Below, piece by piece: positions 8,524 to 19,359 of a DNA stretch of 64,000 nt. The DNA lies in assembly GCA_050250935.1 (NCBI GenBank), contig JBFWNS010000006.1:1-64000 (forward strand), in the 5' to 3' direction. The notes below the pieces were generated by a model that did no database searches, was not told the origin of the DNA, and was given only the letters and a program-made list of their open reading frames with translations. This stretch comes from Candidatus Margulisiibacteriota bacterium. Lineage in GTDB: Bacteria; Margulisbacteria; Marinamargulisbacteria; JBFWNS01. The position numbers and the translations under genes are program-made. Each line of letters starts with the position of its first letter. Within the stretch, counting starts at the first letter, position 1.

Positions 8524-9510
8524 CTAGCGGGTCCAAAACGCCTTTGCCGCGTAGCTGATGATGATGTCGGTTCCTGCGCGGCGAAGGGCAGTGAAGCATT
8601 CGTCGAAGGCGGCGTGTTCATCCAAAATGCCTTTTTCGGCTGCGGCTTTGATCATGCTGTATTCGCCAGAGACGTGGTAGGCTGCAAGGGGTAGGTGGGT
8701 GGTGTTGCGTAGGTCGCGGATGATGTCCAAATAGGCCATGGCGGGTTTGACCATTAAAAAATCGGCGCCTTCGGCTTCGTCGTCTGCCGCTTCCAAGAGG
8801 GCTTCCCGGCGCTGGGTGTAGGCCAATTGGTGGTGTTTGCGATCCCCTATAAAATTACCTGCAGAACCTGCAGCGTCCCGGAAGGGGCCATAAAAATTCG
8901 AGGCAAATTTAACGGCATAAGACATCAAGGCCACGGAGTCGAATTGGGCGGCATCGAGGGTGGTTCGCAGGTGGGCAATCATGCCGTCCATCATGCCGGA
9001 AGGGGCAATGATGTCGGCACCGGCTTCGGCATAGGACAGGGCGGTTTTGCCCAGGGTTTCTAGGGTTTGGGTTAGGTCGAAGTGGGGTTCTTGACCCGGT
9101 TTTAACAGGCCGCAATGCCCGTGGCTGGTGTATTCGCACAAGCAGCAATCGGCCATCACAATAAGATCAGGAAAAGCGGTTTTAAGCTGACGAATGGCGC
9201 GTTGAACAATGCCGTTGGTGTTATAAGCCTCCGTAGCGGCCGGATCTTTGTGGTTGGGAATGCCAAATAAAATCACCGATCGAATGCCTGTTTTAAGAAT
9301 GGATTCCACTTCGTTGTTCAGGTGGGACAAAGGCCATTGGGAAATGCCTGGTAAGCTGGCAATGGGTTGGGGGTCTACAAGGTCTTCGTGCACAAAAATG
9401 GGCATGACAAACTGGGCCGGATTCAAATGCGTTTCGGCCACCAGTGCCCGATGGGCTGGGGTTTGTCGATACCGGTGGAGTTTTCTGGAATGAGGGTTGA
9501 TGTTCATCAA
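8524..9510 (-). CDS. hemB: Delta-aminolevulinic acid dehydratase
   Basis: DCCLCEYTSHGHCG (Zn-binding Cys), APSGMMDG, FYGPFRDA, MVKPA. Confidence 0.97.
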   Translation of the reverse strand: MMNINPHSRKLHRYRQTPAHRALVAETHLNPAQFVMPIFVHEDLVDPQPIASLPGISQWPLSHLNNEVESILKTGIRSVILFGIPNHKDPAATEAYNTNGIVQRAIRQLKTAFPDLIVMADCCLCEYTSHGHCGLLKPGQEPHFDLTQTLETLGKTALSYAEAGADIIAPSGMMDGMIAHLRTTLDAAQFDSVALMSYAVKFASNFYGPFRDAAGSAGNFIGDRKHHQLAYTQRREALLEAADDEAEGADFLMVKPAMAYLDIIRDLRNTTHLPLAAYHVSGEYSMIKAAAEKGILDEHAAFDECFTALRRAGTDIIISYAAKAFWTR

Positions 9511-9550
9511 GAGTGGCCTTTACGGAAGGTGCAGTATATCATGTCTTCCC

Positions 9551-10549
9551 ATGAAAGACATCCTTTGGAAAGCTGGGTTTAGCCTCGTTTTTGGGGTCCT
9601 GTTTTTACTATTGGCCCTTCGGCATATGGATCTGGGTTTGCTGGTGAGCTTGTTTGGGCGGCTTCAGTTGGGCTTTGTGGTGTTGGGCGTGGCGTTTTTG
9701 GGCTTGGCCTATGCCATTAAATGGATTCGCTGGCACCAAATTTTGCGGCAAATGAATCAGCCGGTTACCCCGTCTCAGACCCGGGCGGCGTTTTTTATTG
9801 GGGTGTTGGTCAACAACATCAGCCCGGTGAAGTTGGGCGAAGTGGCTCGGTTGGCCAGTTTGCATGTGGCCAGCAAGGCGTCTAAAACCACGGTTTTAAC
9901 CAGTATTTTAATTGAACGGATTTTTGATGGAACCGCTTTGGTGACCCTTTTTTTTATGTCGGTTCAATTTATCGAAGCGCCCTTGTGGGTGACGGTGCTG
10001 TTGCGGTTGGGCATGACCCTGTTTTTTGGATTGTTGGTGGGGTGTTATCTGCTGACCTGGTTCCCCTTACCGAAAAACAAAGCATGGTTGGCCCTTAAAA
10101 CAAAACCCAAGATGGCCCGATTGACGGCGGCTGTGGAGTCGCTTTGGGAGGGCATGCAGGTGATTCATTCCCCGGGCAGAACCTTGTTTGTGGCTGGTTT
10201 GTCTTTTGGGGTTTGGGTGTCGGAATGGGTGTTGTATTGGTCTTTTGCCCAGGCGTTTGATTTTCCTATCGGTATTGCTCAGGCTGGGGTGTTGTTGGGG
10301 GTGATTAATTTTGGAACCCTGATTTTTACAGCGCCAGGCTCTTTGGGGACCTTTGAATTTTTAATGGTTCAGGCCTTTGTTTTGTTTGGATTGACCCGAA
10401 CCCAAGGGTTGGCTTATGCCTTTTTTGCCCATTTTTGGCTTTATGTGCCCCTGTCTTTGGTGGGCATTTGGTACATGGTTCATGCCGGGTTTTCCCTTAA
10501 AAGTGTTTTAAAAGAATCGAAAGGATCTGCCAATGACGACAGCCTCTGA
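9551..10549 (+). CDS. Lysylphosphatidylglycerol synthase TM / UPF0104 flippase-like membrane protein
   Basis: Multiple TM helices; RW, NNISPVKLGEVAR, IERIFD and APGSLGTFE motifs. Start MKDILW at 9551 avoids overlap with hemB. Confidence 0.8.
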   Translation: MKDILWKAGFSLVFGVLFLLLALRHMDLGLLVSLFGRLQLGFVVLGVAFLGLAYAIKWIRWHQILRQMNQPVTPSQTRAAFFIGVLVNNISPVKLGEVARLASLHVASKASKTTVLTSILIERIFDGTALVTLFFMSVQFIEAPLWVTVLLRLGMTLFFGLLVGCYLLTWFPLPKNKAWLALKTKPKMARLTAAVESLWEGMQVIHSPGRTLFVAGLSFGVWVSEWVLYWSFAQAFDFPIGIAQAGVLLGVINFGTLIFTAPGSLGTFEFLMVQAFVLFGLTRTQGLAYAFFAHFWLYVPLSLVGIWYMVHAGFSLKSVLKESKGSANDDSL

Positions 10550-11795
10550 GGTGTGTTTTGAAGCTGCAAAATCCGTGTTTGTGGGTGGGGTGAACAGCCC
10601 GGTCCGTGCCTTTAAGTCGGTGGGGGGTACCCCGGTTTTTATGAAAGAAGGGCAAGGCCCCTACTTGGTTTCTGAAGACAACCAACGGTATATCGATTAT
10701 GTGCTGTCCTGGGGGCCAATGCTGGTGGGACATGCCCATCCCAAAGTGGTTTCGGCCTTGCAAGCGGCTGTGGCCAAAGGCACTTCGTTTGGAACGCCAG
10801 GTCGTTTGGAAACCGAATTGGCGGTGTTGGTGCAACAGTTTTTTCCCTCGATGGAGAAACTTCGATTCGTCAGTTCTGGCACCGAAGCCACCATGAGTGC
10901 CATTCGCTTGGCCCGTGGGGCAACCCAACGCCCGTATATTCTTAAATTTAATGGCTGTTACCACGGCCATGTGGATTCGCTGTTGGTTGCGGCAGGGTCT
11001 GGGGCCCTCACCTTTGGCCATCCCGATAGTGCGGGTGTTCCCCAAGCCTTGGCCGAGCAAACCTTGGTGGCCGACTACAACGATACCGAGCAGGTTCAGG
11101 CTTTGTTTAAAGCCCATGGCCATCACATTGCGGGGGTCATTGTCGAGCCAGTGTGCGGCAACATGGGGGTTATTTTGCCCAAGCCAGGGTTTTTGGAAAC
11201 CCTGAGACAGCTGTGCACGGCCCATGATGCCATCCTGATTTTTGATGAAGTGATGACCGGTTTTCGGGTGGCACCCGGTGGGGCTCAAGAAAAATTTGGC
11301 ATTACCCCCGACTTAACCTGTTTGGGCAAAGTGATTGGTGGCGGGCTGCCTTGCGGGGCTTTTGGGGGTCGGGCCGATTTGATGGGGCATCTGTCGCCGG
11401 AGGGGCCGGTGTATCAGGCTGGCACTTTGTCGGGTAACCCGATTGCCATGACGGCTGGGATAGCCACTTTGGGGATCTTAAAAGAAGAGCCCGTGTTTAA
11501 AACCGCTGCAGAATCAACCGACTTTTTAACAACAGGTTTAAACCAGATTTTAAATGGGAAGTATACGGTTAATACCATTGGAACGATGTTTTCTATCTTT
11601 TTCTGTTCGGGCACTGTAGAGGGAACCGCAGATACTCGTCGGGTCGATACGGCCGCTTTTCGGCAGTATTATCACCGCATGTTGGATCTGGGCATTTATT
11701 TGGCCCCTTCTGCTTTTGAGGCTAATTTTTTGTCCTCGGCCCATTCGTCTGCGGATCTGGTTGCGACCCTGGCTGCCTTCGAAAAAGCAGTTTGA
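10533..11795 (+). CDS. hemL: Glutamate-1-semialdehyde 2,1-aminomutase
   Basis: GGVNSPVRAF, SGTEATMSAIRLAR, FDEVMTGFR, GKVIGGGLP, YQAGTLSGNP. Confidence 0.97.
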   Translation: MTTASEVCFEAAKSVFVGGVNSPVRAFKSVGGTPVFMKEGQGPYLVSEDNQRYIDYVLSWGPMLVGHAHPKVVSALQAAVAKGTSFGTPGRLETELAVLVQQFFPSMEKLRFVSSGTEATMSAIRLARGATQRPYILKFNGCYHGHVDSLLVAAGSGALTFGHPDSAGVPQALAEQTLVADYNDTEQVQALFKAHGHHIAGVIVEPVCGNMGVILPKPGFLETLRQLCTAHDAILIFDEVMTGFRVAPGGAQEKFGITPDLTCLGKVIGGGLPCGAFGGRADLMGHLSPEGPVYQAGTLSGNPIAMTAGIATLGILKEEPVFKTAAESTDFLTTGLNQILNGKYTVNTIGTMFSIFFCSGTVEGTADTRRVDTAAFRQYYHRMLDLGIYLAPSAFEANFLSSAHSSADLVATLAAFEKAV

Positions 11796-11878
11796 TAGGA
11801 ATCGAAGAGCCTTGGTATACTGTGAGCTCAATTCTCTCACTACTTTAGATCGGATCAGCTTTTTGGAGGAAAGTTTTA

Positions 11879-12940
11879 ATGCGGGTAGATCGTTTTAAAC
11901 AACTGGTTTTGATTGTGATGCTACTGGGCTTTACGGTTCTGGGTGCTTCGTCTGTGTTTGCGATGGGAGAACCCCCAAAGCCCGAAACCCCAACGGCGCC
12001 TCAAGAAGCGTTTGCCCCCGATCCAACCACACCCACAGCGTCGGTGGGAACGGCCAATGCCAAGCTTCAAGAATTGACCCAAGACGATATTCGGGACATT
12101 CGACAAGCCTATGACGATGCCATGAAGCAAAAACAATACAGCGTTGCCCTGACCACCCTTTCCAAGTTGCCGGACAAAGCGTTAACGCCCGGACTTAAAT
12201 CTGCCAAAACCACTTTAACCTTGTTTGGAACCATCGAGGCCGAAGCCTCGGCCAATGCCTCTATTTTTCGAAAAGACGATACCTTGGATGAAGACACCAA
12301 GCGAACCGTTTCTAAATTGTATAAAGAAGCCCAGTCGGCCTATCTAAATGGGCAGCAAGATATTGCCCGCGATTTGTTGATTCATATTCTCTTTTTAGAC
12401 CGTCAAAATGCCAATGCCAAAAAGTTCTTGGAATTGGGGCTAAATTTGCCCTTGGGTACTTACAAAGTCGAAAATATGGAAGCGAAATATTGGAATTTGT
12501 CTTCGGTTCATTTTTATGGCGGTAACTACAATTCCGCGGTTCAGGATTTGAATATTTTGACCATTATTAACAAAGACGATTCCCGCATCTATGAACGCAT
12601 GGGGTCGGCCTATTATATGATGGGCGAAAAAAGCAAGGCTGTGGATATTTGGAATACCGCCTTGTTTTTGAATCCCACCAACAAAGATTTGGCACAAATT
12701 ATTGATCGGGCCAAACAATCCATTAAAGACGACGAAGCCCAAGCCAAACTGTTGGACAACAACAGGGTTCAAAAACAAACCAAAATTGCGCCTCAAGATT
12801 TGCAGTTGATGGGGACTTTCCCGTCTCAGGAAAAGGCCTACAACTTTGCCCAGCAAATGAAGCAGCAAGGGTTTGCCAATCCCATTGTCGAAGAACAAGA
12901 CAATGGCAAATGGACTGTTAGCGTTCCCAAGAAGAAATAA
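11879..12940 (+). CDS. Exported TPR protein with C-terminal SPOR-like domain
   Basis: Signal peptide, Pro/Thr linker, TPR-like helices (IYERMGSAYYMMGEKSKAVDIWNTALFLNP), terminal LQLMGTFPSQEKAYNFAQQMKQQGF...WTV (SPOR-like). Confidence 0.65.
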   Translation: MRVDRFKQLVLIVMLLGFTVLGASSVFAMGEPPKPETPTAPQEAFAPDPTTPTASVGTANAKLQELTQDDIRDIRQAYDDAMKQKQYSVALTTLSKLPDKALTPGLKSAKTTLTLFGTIEAEASANASIFRKDDTLDEDTKRTVSKLYKEAQSAYLNGQQDIARDLLIHILFLDRQNANAKKFLELGLNLPLGTYKVENMEAKYWNLSSVHFYGGNYNSAVQDLNILTIINKDDSRIYERMGSAYYMMGEKSKAVDIWNTALFLNPTNKDLAQIIDRAKQSIKDDEAQAKLLDNNRVQKQTKIAPQDLQLMGTFPSQEKAYNFAQQMKQQGFANPIVEEQDNGKWTVSVPKKK

Positions 12941-12966
12941 AATTTAGTTTATAAAGAAGGACACCC

Positions 12967-14445
12967 ATGAAACACCTTTTGAGAGCCCTTTTCGTTGCAG
13001 CGGTTGTGGTTGGTTTTACCGTAACGGCCCATGCTGGATTTTTGGAAAAAGTAGGGTTGGAAGACAGCTATACCACCAAAGCCCAAAATACCTTGGACCG
13101 TGTTTATGGTCATGGCAATTTTGTGGTCAACGTAACGGTGCTGATGACCAACGAATCCTGGAGCATGACCTATACCGAGCAAGCCAAAGCCAAGGCCACA
13201 GCCAAAGGTCCTCAAAAGCAAATCAATATTTTGCCGGGCTATCCTGTTATTAAAAATTTGGCCCCAGATGGCAATGATGTGATTCCTTTTAACTCTCGTC
13301 TGAGCAAATCGCCTGCCGTTTTGAATAAGGTGATTGTGGATTTGGTGGTCAACAGCGATTTTCCAAGAGCCGAGGAAAAACGTGCCGAAGCCATGTTAAT
13401 GGAAATTTTGGGCCTGAAACCAGGTCGCGATGTGATTCGTGCCCAGTTTAAATCGTTTTCAGACTTTAATGCAGCGGCCGATCCCACGGTGTTTACTTCG
13501 ACTGGTAATATGGGTGGTGCTGGTGGCTTTAAGCTGTTTTCTGCCCAGGGCATTTTGTCGGTTTTGGCTTTATTGACCTTCTTGGGTTTTGTGGGGCTTT
13601 ATGCCTTTTTCCAATTCAGCCAAGGGACAGCCTTGCGTGCTTTGGCCTCTAAAAAAGACAGTGGCAGCGGCAGTGGTGGCGCAACCACCGTTACGATGGC
13701 ACCTGTGGATACCCCAAAATCCGATGCATCCGGTCCTTCTGGGGATCTTAAACTGGTGCCTGCACCTCAGATTAAAAAATATTTTGATTTTATTTCAGAA
13801 GACAATATCGAAGGCCTAATTTACATCATCAAAAAAGAGGCCATGAGTATTGAAAACGTGACCATTATTGTTTCGTATTTGTCTGCAGATCTTGCAGCCA
13901 AGGTGATGAAGTCTTTGGAATTGGAAGGGCAAGCCTTTATTACGTTGAATATCTTGGATCAAAAAATGGTCAACCGTGCGGCTTTGGATAAATTGGAGTC
14001 TCAGGTTAAAGGGGCTGTTGAATGTTTGATCGGAGGCCAATCTGCGGTTTCGTCGATTTTCAATCATTTTGGTGCCGAGACCAAGCGGCAGTTGATGCAG
14101 GTGTTGGCCTCTGCGGATCAAGACAAGTATCAGCGGTTGCGTCGCTTGATTGTTCTGTTCGAAGATTTGGGTGTTTTGTCTGAAGACGAACTTCGGTTGT
14201 TGGTTTCTGAAATTAATTTTGAGCGGATGGCCTTGGCCATGGTGGGCATTGAGGCTGATTTGCGTCAGCGCTTCGAGGCCGTTTTGCCCCGCAGCACCCG
14301 CGACATGATCAAGCAATACATGGATCTGAAAGGCAAGTCGGTTCAACCCCAAGAAGTTGAAGCGGCCCAAGACTATATCTTGGGTGTGGCCGATAAGTTG
14401 GAATCCAACGGCCGCATTGCCCTGCGCGAAAAAATTCAAGGCTAA
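12967..14445 (+). CDS. FliF-like periplasmic ring domain fused to FliG middle and C-terminal domains
   Basis: LDRVYGHGNFVVNVTV and VIVDLVVN...ILGLKPGRDVI resemble the FliF ring domain; then a TM helix; then IIVSYLSADLAAKVM (FliG-M) and LFEDLGVL...EVEAAQDYI...LESNGRI (FliG-C). Confidence 0.7.
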   Translation: MKHLLRALFVAAVVVGFTVTAHAGFLEKVGLEDSYTTKAQNTLDRVYGHGNFVVNVTVLMTNESWSMTYTEQAKAKATAKGPQKQINILPGYPVIKNLAPDGNDVIPFNSRLSKSPAVLNKVIVDLVVNSDFPRAEEKRAEAMLMEILGLKPGRDVIRAQFKSFSDFNAAADPTVFTSTGNMGGAGGFKLFSAQGILSVLALLTFLGFVGLYAFFQFSQGTALRALASKKDSGSGSGGATTVTMAPVDTPKSDASGPSGDLKLVPAPQIKKYFDFISEDNIEGLIYIIKKEAMSIENVTIIVSYLSADLAAKVMKSLELEGQAFITLNILDQKMVNRAALDKLESQVKGAVECLIGGQSAVSSIFNHFGAETKRQLMQVLASADQDKYQRLRRLIVLFEDLGVLSEDELRLLVSEINFERMALAMVGIEADLRQRFEAVLPRSTRDMIKQYMDLKGKSVQPQEVEAAQDYILGVADKLESNGRIALREKIQG

Positions 14446-14469
14446 ACAAGCCCAGTTGCCGAGTTCTCT

Positions 14470-14511
14470 AAATAGCCTGGTTTCTTTATATGGAGACCAG
14501 GCTATTTTTTT
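14470..14511. terminator. Intrinsic terminator, probably bidirectional
   Basis: aaatagcctggtttc / gagaccaggctattt inverted repeat followed by a T run, between the convergent fliG-like gene and dnaJ. Confidence 0.8.
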
Positions 14512-14514
14512 GGC

Positions 14515-15618
14515 TTAGCGTCGTTTGGTGTAGGCTTCGAAGCTGCCCAGGTTTTTGTCGTCTTGGCGCAATTTTTTAAGTTCTTCGACCAGGTCTTTCT
14601 CTTTGCCAGAGAGCTTGGGCATGACGATTTTAACGTGCACCAATTGGTCTCCCCGAGAAAACCCGCGAAGCCCTGGAAGGCCTTTGCCCTTTAACCGCAA
14701 AATGGCATTGGGTTGGGTGCCTGCTGGGATGTTCAGTTTGGCCATACCGCCAATGATGGGGACTTCTAACTCGGTTCCCAAAAGGGCCAAGGTTAGGGGT
14801 ACTTCGATGTCCAAATGAACATCTTGGCCGTCCCTTTCCAAATAGGGATGGTCTTTGACATTCAAGAAAACGTACAGGTCACCAGCAGGGCCGCCGTTCT
14901 CGCCAAAATTGCCTTCCCCACTCACCCGAAGGCGTGTGCCTTTGTCCACCCCTGCAGGGATGTCCAAGCGGATGCGTTTTTTCTTTTTTTCCAGGCCTTT
15001 TCCAGCACAGTTTTTGCAAGGATCTTTGATGATTTCTCCGGTTCCGTTGCAGTGGTGACAGGTAATGACCTGAGAAAAACTGCCCAACATGGTGCGTTGG
15101 ACGGTTTTGACCTGTCCCGAGCCTTGGCAATGGGAACATTGGGTTTTCGAGGTTCCGGCTTTGCTGCCAGAGCCAGAACAGTCGCCGCAGCGCTCGAGAT
15201 GGAAGATCTCGATTTCTTTGGCCAAGCCAGCTGCGGCTTCTTCCAAGGAAATTTCCAAATCAAAGCGCAGGTCTTCGCCTCGTCGAACTTGTCTGCCTTG
15301 GCCCCGACGGGCACCGCCACCGCCAAAGAAGGCATCGAAAATATCGTCAAAGTTGGATTCGAATCCAAACCCGCCGCCACCGCCAAAACCGCCTTGAGGA
15401 CTGTCGTCGGTGACGCCGAATTGGTCGTATTGGGCTTTTTTTTGCGAGTCGGACAAAATATCGTAGGCTTTTTGAACTTGTTTGAATTTGTCTTCGGCCC
15501 CGGCTTCTTTGTTGACATCGGGGTGGTACTGACGCGCCAGGCGCCGGTAGGCCTTTTTAATGTCGGCCTCCGACGCGTTACGCTCTACTTCTAAAATTTT
15601 ATACAGATCTTCTGCCAT
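14515..15618 (-). CDS. dnaJ: Chaperone DnaJ
   Basis: J domain with HPD, G/F-rich region and four CxxCxGxG repeats. Confidence 0.98.
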   Translation of the reverse strand: MAEDLYKILEVERNASEADIKKAYRRLARQYHPDVNKEAGAEDKFKQVQKAYDILSDSQKKAQYDQFGVTDDSPQGGFGGGGGFGFESNFDDIFDAFFGGGGARRGQGRQVRRGEDLRFDLEISLEEAAAGLAKEIEIFHLERCGDCSGSGSKAGTSKTQCSHCQGSGQVKTVQRTMLGSFSQVITCHHCNGTGEIIKDPCKNCAGKGLEKKKKRIRLDIPAGVDKGTRLRVSGEGNFGENGGPAGDLYVFLNVKDHPYLERDGQDVHLDIEVPLTLALLGTELEVPIIGGMAKLNIPAGTQPNAILRLKGKGLPGLRGFSRGDQLVHVKIVMPKLSGKEKDLVEELKKLRQDDKNLGSFEAYTKRR

Positions 15619-15620
15619 GC

Positions 15621-17510
15621 TTATTGCTTATCATCCACTTCAGAGAAACTGGCGTCAACCACGTCGTCCCCGGATTGACCGGCGGCTTGCTCGGGGTTGC
15701 CAGCGGGTTGTTCGGCGCCTTCTGCGGTTTTATAGATTTCGGAAGAAGCGGCATACACATCTTGTTGAAGCTTTTCGGTTTCGGCTTTGATGGCGTCTTT
15801 GTCTTCTGAATCCAGAACCGCTTTGACGGCTTTGATGCCCTCTTCCAGCTTGGTTTTGAGTTCTGCAGGAACCTTGGCTTCGTTTTCTTTGATCATTTTT
15901 TCGGTGGAGTAGACCAAAGAATCGGCTTCGTTTCGGGCATCGATGAGTTCTTTTTTGCGCTTGTCTTCGTCGGCGTGCAATTCGGCTTCTTGCTTCATGC
16001 GCTCGATGTCGGCATCGCTAAGACCAGATGACGAGGTAATGGTGATTTTTTGTTCTTTACCTGTGCCTTTGTCTTTGGCTTTAACGTGCAAAATCCCGTT
16101 CGAATCGATATCGAAGGTCACTTCGACTTGGGGAACACCACGGGGGGCAGAGGGAATGCCTTCTAGAATAAAGCGGCCCAAAGACCGGTTGCCAGAGGCC
16201 ATTTCTCTTTCCCCTTGCAGAATGTGAATTTCCACACTGGTTTGGCCGTCTGCAGCGGTCGAGAAAACTTGGCTTTTTGAAGTTGGGATGGTGGTGTTGC
16301 GTTCGATCAACTTGGTGCAAATACCACCCATGGTTTCGATACCCAAGGACAGTGGGGTTACATCCAACAAGACCACATCTTTAACATCGCCAGAAAGAAC
16401 GGCCCCTTGAATCGCGGCCCCGATGGCTACCACTTCGTCGGGGTTTACCCCTTTGTGAGGCTCTTTACCAAAGAAGGCTTTAACTGCTTCTTGAATGGCT
16501 GGGATTCGGGTGGTTCCCCCGACCAAAATAACTTCGTTGATTTCGCCAACCGAGAGGCCTGCGTCTTGAAGGGCTTTTTTGCAAGGCTCCATGGACCGTT
16601 TGATCAACGGTTCGATCATTTGTTCGAATTTGGCCCGGGAGAGGTTCACATTCAAGTGTTTTGGTCCCGTGTTGTCGGCGGTGATGAAGGGCAAGTTGAT
16701 GTCGGTGGCTGTGGTCGAGGATAGCTCGATTTTGGCTTTTTCGGCGGCTTCTTTGAGTCGCTGCAGGGCCATGGCATCTTTGCTTAAATCAACACCTTGT
16801 TCTTTTTTGAACTCGTCTACCAACCAGTTCATAATCAAATCGTCGATGTCGTCTCCGCCCAACTGGGTGTCGCCATTGGTGGATTTAACTTCGAAAACCC
16901 CATCCCCAATTTCCAAAATCGAAATATCGAAAGTTCCGCCACCAAAGTCGTAGACGGCTACTTTTTGATCGTTTTGTTTGTCCAAGCCATAGGCCAGGGC
17001 TGCGGCTGTGGGTTCGTTGATGATTCTCAACACCTCTAGACCGGCGATTTCGCCTGCATCTTTGGTGGCTTTGCGTTGGCTATCATTAAAATAGGCGGGA
17101 ACGGTGATGACGGCTTGTTTAACATCGTGGCCCAAATAGGCTTCAGCGTCTTTTTTGATTTTTTGAAGCACCATGGCCGAAATTTCGGGTGGGGTGTATT
17201 CCTTGCCTTGGGACTTGATCACGATGCTGCCGTCTTTGCGTTCCCCAATTTCGTAGGGTAATTTTTTCTTGATTTCAGCCAAGCGACGGCCAATCAAACT
17301 TTTTACGGAAAAGAAGGTGTTGGCGTGATTGGTAACGGCTTGCCGTTTGGCAGGTTGGCCCACCAAGCGTTCGCCATCTTTGCTAAAAGCCACAATCGAT
17401 GGGGTGGTTCTGGCGCCTTCGCTGTTGGGAATAACGGCGGGGTCTTTCCCTTCCATCACCGAAATACAAGAGTTGGTTGTTCCTAAATCGATTCCAATAA
17501 CTTTAGACAT
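15621..17510 (-). CDS. dnaK: Chaperone DnaK
   Basis: [39 protein letters not shown]. Confidence 0.99.
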   Translation of the reverse strand: MSKVIGIDLGTTNSCISVMEGKDPAVIPNSEGARTTPSIVAFSKDGERLVGQPAKRQAVTNHANTFFSVKSLIGRRLAEIKKKLPYEIGERKDGSIVIKSQGKEYTPPEISAMVLQKIKKDAEAYLGHDVKQAVITVPAYFNDSQRKATKDAGEIAGLEVLRIINEPTAAALAYGLDKQNDQKVAVYDFGGGTFDISILEIGDGVFEVKSTNGDTQLGGDDIDDLIMNWLVDEFKKEQGVDLSKDAMALQRLKEAAEKAKIELSSTTATDINLPFITADNTGPKHLNVNLSRAKFEQMIEPLIKRSMEPCKKALQDAGLSVGEINEVILVGGTTRIPAIQEAVKAFFGKEPHKGVNPDEVVAIGAAIQGAVLSGDVKDVVLLDVTPLSLGIETMGGICTKLIERNTTIPTSKSQVFSTAADGQTSVEIHILQGEREMASGNRSLGRFILEGIPSAPRGVPQVEVTFDIDSNGILHVKAKDKGTGKEQKITITSSSGLSDADIERMKQEAELHADEDKRKKELIDARNEADSLVYSTEKMIKENEAKVPAELKTKLEEGIKAVKAVLDSEDKDAIKAETEKLQQDVYAASSEIYKTAEGAEQPAGNPEQAAGQSGDDVVDASFSEVDDKQ

Positions 17511-17530
17511 AAATAAATGCTCCTTTGTGT

Positions 17531-18073
17531 TTATTCGGCTACAACCACCATGGCCGCTCGGATGACGCGGTCTTGGAGTTTGTATCCTTTTTGAAATTCT
17601 TTAACGACGGTGCCTGCTTCGACCTCCTTGTTTGCTTCTTGCAGGACGGCTTGGTGTAAATTCGGATCAAAGGGGGTGCCAACGGCCTCGAAAGGCGAGA
17701 CCCCTAGTTTTTCGAGAACGGCTTGGAACTGTTTTTGAATCAGTTCGAACCCTTCTTTAAGGTTTTGCTCGTCGGTGTTGGCAGAGGCGGCTCTGTCGAA
17801 ACTGTCCAAAACGGGCAGTAATTCCAACACAAACCGTTCCAGAGCAAATTTTTTAAATTGTTCGACCTCGTTTTCTTTGCGGCGCTTAAAATTTTCCAGC
17901 TCGGCTGCGGCGCGAAGGGCTTTATCTTTTTCGATGGCCACTTGTTCTTTTAGCCCGGTGATTTCGGCTTCCAGAACGGCTTCTGGTGTGGCTTCCATGG
18001 GTTGGGTTTCGGCAGAAGGTGCTGGTGTGGCGTCTTCGGTGGCCGGGGTTTCGAATTCGGTTGGATCGGTCAT
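17531..18073 (-). CDS. grpE: Nucleotide exchange factor GrpE
   Basis: [50 protein letters not shown]. Confidence 0.97.
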   Translation of the reverse strand: MTDPTEFETPATEDATPAPSAETQPMEATPEAVLEAEITGLKEQVAIEKDKALRAAAELENFKRRKENEVEQFKKFALERFVLELLPVLDSFDRAASANTDEQNLKEGFELIQKQFQAVLEKLGVSPFEAVGTPFDPNLHQAVLQEANKEVEAGTVVKEFQKGYKLQDRVIRAAMVVVAE

Positions 18074-19113
18074 AGAGATCTCCTAGTAGACGAGGTGAGA
18101 TGGTGGGTGACCATGCCCGCAATGTGTTGCACCATGGGGATGATCGTGGGGTAGGCCATGCGCTTGGGGCCTAAAATGCCAATGGCACCGATGGCTTCTT
18201 GGCCAACCGTAACCGGCGACAAAATAATGCTACACGCTTCCAGGTCTTCAGCTTCGGTTTCTTTGCCGATTAAGACCTGATGGGTTGGGGTTTTGGAAAG
18301 CCGTTCGTTCAGCAAGGCCAGCAACAGCTTGTTTTCCTCCAGGGCGGTCAGGACTTTTTGGGTGAGTTCGATGTTTTGAAATTCGGGTAATCGAACCAAT
18401 TTCGACAGACCTTTGGCCAGCATTTTTTTGGCGGGTTGTTCCTTTTTTCCCATGCGGTTAAGTTCTTTTAGAATGGCTTCCAGCACATGGGACAACTGAG
18501 GCAGCTCTGCGACCAAGGCGCCGAGCAGTGTGTCGTCGATGGCCCTGAGTGGTTTTCCTTCTAATTTTCGGGTTAGAAACTGAGACAATTTGTTTAAATC
18601 GTCTTGGCTGACCCGATCTTGGAAGCTGACCACAAACTCTTCGTTAACTCCCAAAGAACTGAGCAGAACCACCAAAATTCGGTCCAAATCGACCAGAATC
18701 AAGTGGGCTACCTTGAGGGTTTCTTGATAAATATCTGGGGTTAATACCAAGGTACTGTAGTCCATAATATGGGACATCACATCGGCGACATGAACCAACA
18801 CCTGTTCAACACTGCGGCCAATGGTGTTCATTTCTTGAAGTACCAGCGCTTGTTTTTCGGCTGGGAAATCCCGGTAGGTCATCAGGTCGTCCACATAGAG
18901 ACGATAGCCTTTGTCGGTGGGAATCCGCCCCGACGAAGTGTGAACATGGCTCAAAAAACCATCTTGTTCCAGCTCGTTCAGTTCGTTTCGAACGGTAGCA
19001 GGACTGACCGACAGCCCGTGCCCCTCGGCCAGTTGTTTGGAACTGACGGGTTCGGCGGTCTGGATGTACTGCTCAATGGTGGCGGCTAGGATGGCTTTTT
19101 TTCGGGTGTTCAT
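18070..19113 (-). CDS. hrcA: Heat-inducible transcription repressor HrcA
   Basis: YIQTAEPVSS, SPATVRNEL, HTSSGRIPTDKGYRLYVD, GILGPKRMAY; likely start MNTRKK at 19113. Confidence 0.95.
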   Translation of the reverse strand: MNTRKKAILAATIEQYIQTAEPVSSKQLAEGHGLSVSPATVRNELNELEQDGFLSHVHTSSGRIPTDKGYRLYVDDLMTYRDFPAEKQALVLQEMNTIGRSVEQVLVHVADVMSHIMDYSTLVLTPDIYQETLKVAHLILVDLDRILVVLLSSLGVNEEFVVSFQDRVSQDDLNKLSQFLTRKLEGKPLRAIDDTLLGALVAELPQLSHVLEAILKELNRMGKKEQPAKKMLAKGLSKLVRLPEFQNIELTQKVLTALEENKLLLALLNERLSKTPTHQVLIGKETEAEDLEACSIILSPVTVGQEAIGAIGILGPKRMAYPTIIPMVQHIAGMVTHHLTSSTRRSL

Positions 19114-19208
19114 TTGTAAATCACAAAAATGAAATTTTTGTGGGTCGATTTTCAGAGTGAATCTGGAAATCTCGCCCGTTGGGAGGATCAACAATTAACG
19201 CGTTCATA

Positions 19209-19235
19209 TTAGCACTCTCATGCCAAGAGTGCCAA
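19209..19235. promoter_or_regulatory. CIRCE operator (HrcA binding site)
   Basis: TTAGCACTC-N9-GAGTGCCAA, one mismatch from the consensus TTAGCACTC-N9-GAGTGCTAA, upstream of hrcA. Confidence 0.93.
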
Positions 19236-19240
19236 ATCCC

Positions 19241-19269
19241 AGTGTACCCAGTGTCTAGAATCGCGTCAA
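19241..19269 (-). promoter_or_regulatory. Sigma70 promoter of the hrcA-grpE-dnaK-dnaJ operon
   Basis: Minus strand TTGACG (19269-19264), 17-bp spacer, TACACT (19246-19241); the predicted start site falls on the CIRCE. Confidence 0.7.
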
Positions 19270-19359
19270 CCCTTTCCGAATTCAACTTCAAAATTGCCAA
19301 GATCGAAGCCCGTCTGATACACTGCTTTCGATTCATTTTTTACCAGAAAAGAGAGCGAA

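Noticed and set aside
19114..19194. Extended HrcA N-terminus
   Set aside because: HrcA homology begins at MNTRKK (19113); the extension lies in the leader downstream of the CIRCE.
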